64,000 bases of DNA. Source: Myxococcota bacterium. GTDB lineage: Bacteria > Myxococcota_A > UBA9042 > PHBI01 > JAWLBL01. Under the pieces are notes generated by a model. That model was not told the DNA's origin, did not search any database, and saw only the letters and a program-made list of their open reading frames with translations. Positions 58,485-64,000 of this stretch are shown here, piece after piece (the first letter of the stretch is position 1; every line of letters starts with the position of its first letter). The DNA is taken from the NCBI GenBank assembly GCA_041687695.1, contig JAWLBL010000021.1, positions 70,325 through 134,324 on the forward strand, written 5' to 3'. The position numbers were made by a program, and so were the translations under genes.

Positions 58485-60981
58485 GGCGACTTCCTCGGCG
58501 GGGGGTGCGCGGCGGGTGACAGGACGAATAGACCGGCCGTCGCGTCGGGGCTCGGAGGGTGCGGGCGGGCGCTGACGGCCAGGCGGCGCGCGTCGAGGGC
58601 CAGGGCGAGCCCGGCGCGGGTGTCGCTCGGGACCTCGAGGCGCCCGAGCAGCTGGGGCGGCCGCTCGGCCGGGAGTTCGAAGAGGAAGAGCGGGTGGTCC
58701 CGGACGAGCTGGTCCGGGCGCGGGGGACGGAGGGAGGCGCGCACGACCGCGTGGTGGCCCGAGGCGGCGAGCTGGACGCCGAACGCCTGGTGGGGACGGG
58801 CGTCGTCCGGGGCCGTCAGGGTCGCGGCGAGGGCCCATGACGGCGCCGAGTAGGCGTAGACGGCGCCGCGCGTCTCGAGCGCATGGCGGTGCCCGGGCAG
58901 GGCGCTGGGGTCGCCGACGAGGAGGTGGCCGCCCGAGAAGGCGAGCGCGAGCCCGAAGTCCTCGCCTTCACGCGGGGCGTCGTGGGTCTGGGGGCGCGGC
59001 GGGTGGAGGGTCGCGTCGAGGTGCCAGGTGGCCGGGCCCGACCGGCGATGGACGAGGACATGGCCGATGGGGACCGAGGCCTGCTTCCAGGCGACCGGGG
59101 TGTCGGAGGACGCGCCGACGGCGAGGTGGGTCGCGGTGGCGGCGAGGCCGCGTAGGCGTTGCGTCCCGGGTGGCAGGGGCACGGGCCGCGCCGGGGCGAA
59201 GCCGGTGGGGGAGCCGGGGGCGCGCTCGAAGAGGACGAGGTGCGGGTCGTCGCCGACGGCGCTGGAGGCGAGCCGGACGGCCAGGAACTCGGCCTCCAGG
59301 GCGAGCTCGAGGTGCGTCGCGCGGCGGGCGGGGGCGCCGAGATCGAGCGGGGCGAGCTGGCGCCACGCGCCGTCGGGGGCGCGCTCGAAGGCCACGACGC
59401 GAGGCGCGGGGTCGCCCGGGGAGCCGTGGGAGGCGAGGACGACGAGGTCGGTGGCGAGGGCGACGGCGCGGCCGAGGTGGGGCTCGGAGGCGGCGAGGTG
59501 CGCGGCGTGGGTCCAGGCGCCGCTGGGAGCCTGGCGGTAGAGGTGGGCGCCGCCGGGGTCGGGCTCGCCGACGAGCAGGAGGTCGCCGCGCAGGGCCACG
59601 GGTCCCGGCTGGCCGGAGGGGAGCGGCGCGAGGTCGAGCGGCGCGAAGGAGGCGGGGAGCGGGGTGTCGGGGTCGCGGGCGACGAGGGCGGCGGGGTCGA
59701 GCGCGGTGAGCGGGTGCCAGGCGGCGGCGCCGGCGGGCGTGAAGAGGTGCAGGCGCGGCGGGGCGGGGGCGCCGTCGCGGGTGACGAGGGGGGCGATGGC
59801 CGCGAGGACGCCGGAGCCGGTGAGGGCGAGGGCGGCTGGGGCCTCGAGGTCGGGGAGCGGGGCGGACGTGAGGCGGGTGTAGTCGGCGGCGCCGGGGGCG
59901 AGCAGGTGGACGGCGTGGGCGCTGGCGACGGCGACGCGGCCGGAGCCCGGGTCGGGGGCGAGGAGGCGCCCGTGGAGGCGGTCGCCGGCGGCGGGCGGGG
60001 TGAGGGTCTGGGAGAGGGAGAGGGCGCCGGACGGGGCGCGGGTGTAGGCGAAGACGGCGCCGGCCGGGTCGAAGAGGGGGGCGCCGACGAGCAGGCGGTC
60101 GGGCGAGGGCAGCGCGAGGGCGTGTCCGAAGCCGTCGGCCTCGTCGACGCCGGCGGGGAGCGGGGAGCGGAGGGTCTGGCGGAGGGTCCAGGCGGGGGGG
60201 CCGGCCGCGGCGGGGGCGAGCTGGTAGACGAAGACCGCGCCGCTGAGGGCGGCGCCGGGGGCGCCGACGTAGAGCGTGTCGCCCGAGAGGGCGAGGGCGG
60301 TGCCGAAGCGGTGGGTGCGGCCTGGGGTGGGCGGGGCGGCGAGGTCGGTGTCGTGGATCCAGGTGCCGTGCGGGCGGTGCCACAGGCGGACCGCGTCGAC
60401 GGGGGCGCCGGCGGGTCCCGGGAGGCGGACGCGGGCGGCGAGGCGGTGGCCGTCGGTGGCGAGGGCTTGGCCGAGCCAGCGCTCGTGGGGTGCGCCGTCG
60501 AAGCGCGGGCCGGAGCGCCACTGGCCGGCGTCGTCGGGGGCGTACAGGGTGATGGTGCCGCGCTGGTCGAGGTCTTCGGGGGCGGCGACGGCGAGGAGGG
60601 CGGGGGCGAGGGCGACGGTGGCGCCGAAGCCGGCGTGGGCGGCGGGGTCGATGGGGTGGACCGGGGCGGCGGCGGTGGGGGAGGCGGAGGAGTCGGGCCG
60701 AGGCGGTAGGCGAAGGCGGCGCCGCGGTGGGGGCGCGCCGGGGTGCCTTGGAAGGGGGCGCCGAGGACGAGCGCGTCACCGGCCGCGGCGAGCGGGGCGC
60801 CGTTCTGGGCCGGGGCGACGTCGTCGAAGGGGAGGAGGCGGGGCTCTGCGAGGTCGTGGGAGGCCTCGGGGCGGGCGACGGATGACGCGTCGGGGGCGGA
60901 CGCACGGCGCTCACCACAGGCGAGGGCGGCCGCGGCGCAGGCGAGCGCGAGGGCGAGCGGCCAGGCGTTGGTGCGGGGCAT
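58481..60981 (-). pseudogene. FG-GAP/beta-propeller repeat protein with signal peptide; apparent 1-nt frameshift near 60695 (pseudogene or sequencing error in a C/G run)
   Basis: N-terminal 100 aa in frame A (MPRTNAWPLALALACAAAALAC...GAAFAYRLGP). The remainder (...IDPAAHAGFGATVALAP...GDTLYVGAPGAALSGAVFVYQL...GAVFAYTRAPSG... to the stop) is open and protein-like in the -1 frame from ~60690 down to 58481. The frame switches inside CCCCACCGCCGCCGCCCCGG. Confidence 0.6.
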
Positions 60982-61197
60982 GGGGGCCTCGTCGGGATCG
61001 GCGCTCGAGGTTGGCAAGCCGATGGGCGATGGCGACGTTACCGCGGAAACGTGTCGCCGGGGTCGGCAGGCCGGCGGGTCGGTGATTGAGGTTGTCGTGG
61101 AGTTGGGGGCGCCGCGAGCGGCGCGATCCAGCGAGCCCCCGCGAGCGGGGGCACTCCATGGGGGCTGGCGGCAGGGGCGGTGGGACGGAGGCGGACG

Positions 61198-63009
61198 TTA
61201 CCGCGGAAACGTGTCGCTGGCGTCGGCAGCCTGGCGGGTCGGTGATTCAGGCTGTCGTGGGCTGGGGGCGCCTCGGATCAACGCCGCTTGCGGACGCGGT
61301 GGCGAGCTCGGCCGCGAGCGCGTCACGGGTCGCCGCGACCCGCTCGAGCCGCGTCGCATAGGGCGCGACCGGGGCGGGGCTTCGAGCGGGACGGCGGGTG
61401 GGGCAGCGTCTGGCGCGGCGGTCGAGGCTCGGTGCAGGCCAGGAGCAAGGCGGACGCGATGAGCAGGGGGATGGGCGGGTGCATGGGCCTGCGATGGAGC
61501 AACCTCGGTGCCAGACTGCGGCGACGCTGGGACAGGCGCGGCTGCAGCGTGCAGCGCCGGAGCCGCGGCATGGCGCGTGTCGGAGGTGACACGGAGCGTG
61601 TCCCCAGGCCCGGCCGGCTGGGAGCCGGCGAGCCCACCCGGACGCAAGGTTCGGGGGCGGACCGGCCGGCTGGAAGCCTTTCGATCCCAGGCCCGGACGC
61701 AAGGTTCGGCGGAGGTGCGGCCGGCTGGAAGCCGGCGAGCCCAGGGGGAATTGGGGCGGCCTGGAGTGCCCTCGCTAGCGAGGGCTCGTCGGATCGCGCC
61801 GCTCGCGGCGCCCTCACGATGAAGTCGCACGTTCGGCCGGCTGGAAGCCGGCGATCCCAGGCCCGGACGCAAGGTTCGGCGGAGGTGCGGCCGGCTGGAA
61901 GCCGGCGATCCCAGACAGCAGACGCCGGGGAACGGCGGCGGCTCGGCGGAGGCTGCGAGGGCCCAGGTGGCGCGCACGCGCACGAGGTCGCAAGGGTCGG
62001 CGAGCGCGGCGCTGAAGGCCACGAGCTCGGCCGGCGGCGGGGTTCCGAGCCGGACGAGACCGAGGAGGCCGTGAAAGCGAAGAGCGGACAGGCCCGTGGC
62101 TTCGACGGCAGCGCGAAGGAACGGCCTCTCCGAGGGCTGCGGCGCGTCGGACACGAGCCGCGCGATCTCGATGATCTCGTCGAGGCGGGCGCCGCGCGCG
62201 AGGTGACGCCGGGCCTCCTCGACCATGGCGGCGCGATCGGTCTCGAGGCGATTCATCGGGAAGTCGCGCGCCAGGTCGACGAGGTGGGGCGGCAGGTGGC
62301 TGTCGAAGCTCTCGGGGTCGTAGGTACGCCAGTCACGGAGGTGCTCGGCCAGGTCCCGGAGTCCGTCTCGTCCAACCAGCCAAGCGCGGCGCCTATCGAA
62401 GGCGTCGTCGATGATGGCGCGACCTCCGAGCGATTCGAGCTCCGCCTCGAGGCGCCGCGCGAAGGCGGCCGGGCCGAGGTGGACGAGCAGGTCGGCGGCC
62501 GGCGCCAGGAGGCGATCGCGCGCGTCCTCGGCAAGCGCCGGGTGAGTGCGGAAGAGGCGGTCGAGCGCGTCGGGTCGCAGCTCGGCGAGGGCGAAGCGCC
62601 TCTCCCAGTCCTCGAGGCGGTCCCAGACTTCGGCGAGCAGCGGTAGCGAGGCTGGCCGGTCCAGAGTCCGGGTGACGATCTCGGTCTCGCGATCGACGTC
62701 ATCACCTGGGTCCGTCGTCGGTGAGGCCTTCACAGCGAGGCGGTCGTGGCGGATCCAGGCTTCGTAGAGGGGCTCGAAGTACCCGTCCGGCGGCTCGTAG
62801 GTGATGCAGAGGTCGTACAGAAGGGCCTGTCGCTCGTCGGCGTGGAAGCTCGCGATCAGCTCGAAGGCGAGGCGACGTTCGTCGGGACCGCGACACAAGG
62901 CGAGGAGATCCAGCAGGCTGGCGAGCGGGGCGCCGTGCGCCTCATCGGGGCCCCACCGGTCTCCTCGCGCGATCTTCCGTTCCCGAGCGGCCGCCGAGGC
63001 GGCGACCAA
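61198..63009 (-). CDS. Hypothetical helical protein; C-terminal ~250 aa is translated from the hairpin-repeat field (61590-61930) and is doubtful
   Basis: N-terminal 350 aa protein-like. No in-frame stop before 61198. Confidence 0.4.
   Translation of the reverse strand: MVAASAAARERKIARGDRWGPDEAHGAPLASLLDLLALCRGPDERRLAFELIASFHADERQALLYDLCITYEPPDGYFEPLYEAWIRHDRLAVKASPTTDPGDDVDRETEIVTRTLDRPASLPLLAEVWDRLEDWERRFALAELRPDALDRLFRTHPALAEDARDRLLAPAADLLVHLGPAAFARRLEAELESLGGRAIIDDAFDRRRAWLVGRDGLRDLAEHLRDWRTYDPESFDSHLPPHLVDLARDFPMNRLETDRAAMVEEARRHLARGARLDEIIEIARLVSDAPQPSERPFLRAAVEATGLSALRFHGLLGLVRLGTPPPAELVAFSAALADPCDLVRVRATWALAASAEPPPFPGVCCLGSPASSRPHLRRTLRPGLGSPASSRPNVRLHREGAASGAIRRALASEGTPGRPNSPWARRLPAGRTSAEPCVRAWDRKASSRPVRPRTLRPGGLAGSQPAGPGDTLRVTSDTRHAAAPALHAAAAPVPASPQSGTEVAPSQAHAPAHPPAHRVRLAPGLHRASTAAPDAAPPAVPLEAPPRSRPMRRGSSGSRRPVTRSRPSSPPRPQAALIRGAPSPRQPESPTRQAADASDTFPR
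61590..61930. repeat. Cluster of inverted-orientation fragments of the hairpin-repeat family (CCGGCTGGAAGCCGGCG..CCCGGACGCAAGGTTCGGCGG x4-5; GAGTGCCCTCGCTAGCGAGGGCTC)
   Basis: Reverse complement of the GGGACCGCCGGCTTCCAGCCGG tail motif of the 241-bp unit. Confidence 0.7.
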
Positions 63010-63045
63010 CTCGCGGAGGTCCCGCTCGGGAACTGGAAGGTCGAA

Positions 63046-63260
63046 CCTCAGGGGCCACGTCCGTAAGAGTGAAATTGCTCCGGGGAGGACGACCCTCGGC
63101 GGGGGTGACCGGCAGGCGCTTGCTGGTCAGGCTCGGGTCATGGCGAGGCCACTTCGGATCAGGGAGCCCGGGCTGGTGCACCCCATCGCGAAGGGTGGAG
63201 AAGCGCTTCGAGCGCCGCATCCGGGGAGCAAGTTGACCCTTGCGGACGTGGCCCCTGAGG
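63046..63260. mobile_element. MITE-like element (~215 bp) bounded by 22-bp terminal inverted repeats CCTCAGGGGCCACGTCCGTAAG / CTTGCGGACGTGGCCCCTGAGG
   Basis: TIRs with 1 mismatch. Internal secondary inverted repeat (AATTGCTCCGG...CCGGGGAGCAAGTT). Same terminus as the island repeats at 25515, 25643, 26585 and 26788. Confidence 0.7.
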
Positions 63261-63443
63261 TCAGGGGGCCTGTGAGATCCGGGTTGGCGGGCCGGCGGGT
63301 CGCAGGACGTTACCGCGGAAACGTGACGCTGGGATCGTTAGGCCGGCGGGTCGGTCGAGGACGTTACCGCGGTAACGTGACGCTGGGGTCGGCAGGCCGG
63401 CGGGTCGGTGTTTGAGGCTGTCGAGGCCTGGGGGCGCCGCGGG

Positions 63444-64000
63444 TCAGCGCCGTTTGCGGGTCAGGACGGTCACGATGGGGGCCGAGGTGAGCCAGCGCTC
63501 GGTCAGGGTGGGGTCGGCCGAGAGGTGGCCGACGACCCGGTAGCGGGAGGCGCCCAGGATGGGCGAGCGGCGGGCGTCCTCGGAGACGACGCCCTGGCCG
63601 GGAGCGTAGGAGGCGTGGAGGAAGCGGGTGCCGCCGGGGCGGGCGACGAGGAAGCCGACGTGGTTGTCGAGGCCGACGACGAACAGGCCCGCGCCCATCG
63701 CCTCGACCGCGTCGACGAAGCGGTCGAGGGGGGCGTTGCTGAAGCGGCGGACGTGGGTCCCGCCGGTGAGGCTGAGGATGATGTGCTCGGAGGCCTGCTG
63801 CGCCAGGCGCACGCGCTCGACCTGCAGGCCGGCGTCGAGCAGGAGGGTGGAGACGAAGTAGCCGCAGGCGATCTTGCCCTCGCCCGGCGTGCGGGTCGTG
63901 CCGTGGAAGGCCCAGGGCGTGCCGTACCAGGCGGGCGCGAGCTGGTCGGCGACGGCGCTGGTGATGGCCTCACCGGCGCGGGCCAGGACGGCGGCACGGC
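63444..64000 (-). CDS. 3' part of a gene running off the window end; possible NlpC/P60- or CHAP-like cysteine peptidase
   Basis: Frame open to base 64000. ...YGTPWAFHGTTRTPGEGKIACGYFVSTLLLDAG resembles the xWGG..G.DCSGfV active-site region. Confidence 0.4.
   Translation of the reverse strand, partial: RAAVLARAGEAITSAVADQLAPAWYGTPWAFHGTTRTPGEGKIACGYFVSTLLLDAGLQVERVRLAQQASEHIILSLTGGTHVRRFSNAPLDRFVDAVEAMGAGLFVVGLDNHVGFLVARPGGTRFLHASYAPGQGVVSEDARRSPILGASRYRVVGHLSADPTLTERWLTSAPIVTVLTRKRR

Noticed and set aside
58816-61017. 733-aa and 649-aa minus-strand ORFs (58816..61017, 58968..60917) as separate genes
   Set aside because: Except for the first ~100 aa of 58816..61017 (used as the N-terminus of the FG-GAP gene), they translate to Pro/Ser/Thr/Arg low-complexity sequence. 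The protein-like frame is the third one.

Overview
High-GC (~70%) bacterial chromosome segment, probably Myxococcales: a 'Myxococcus Cys-rich repeat' lipoprotein, Rhs, FG-GAP and Sel1 proteins, and GTG/TTG starts are all present. The window opens inside a 5'-truncated Rhs/YD-repeat polymorphic toxin gene. A decayed duplicate of the promoter and 5' third of a P1B-5-type (hemerythrin-fused) heavy-metal ATPase follows. Next comes a ~6 kb cassette (a giant DUF4157-domain protein plus two small secreted proteins) and then the intact ATPase. A second giant DUF4157 protein with a C-terminal SH3b/NlpC-P60-like region is divergently paired with a GntR regulator. A lower-GC island (~20.4-28.6 kb) has ~29-bp direct repeats at its left edge and ~6 kb in. 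It carries a SIR2-STAND (Avs5-like) NTPase gene translationally coupled to a partner with an internal tandem duplication, an amber-interrupted excisionase-like ORF and several MITE-like repeats. A second putative defence module (ABC/AAA_21 ATPase + small TOPRIM-like DUF4276/RloB-like protein, ATGAGTAG overlap) sits at 54.2-55.9 kb among hairpin repeats. Housekeeping genes (ppx/gppA-family, apaH, nitronate monooxygenase, glycosyltransferase, truncated haemoglobin, ferritin-like) occupy 39-49 kb. The window is unusually rich in non-coding repeat families: a 241-bp tandem array of tetraloop-type hairpins, a ~105-bp GTTACCGCGGWAACGT family, a CGATCGCC array, and MITEs with CAGGGGCCACGTCCGTA termini. 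No rRNA, tRNA or CRISPR was recognised. Most of the listed six-frame ORFs are spurious Arg/Pro/Ala-rich antisense or overlapping frames of the kind expected at this GC content.
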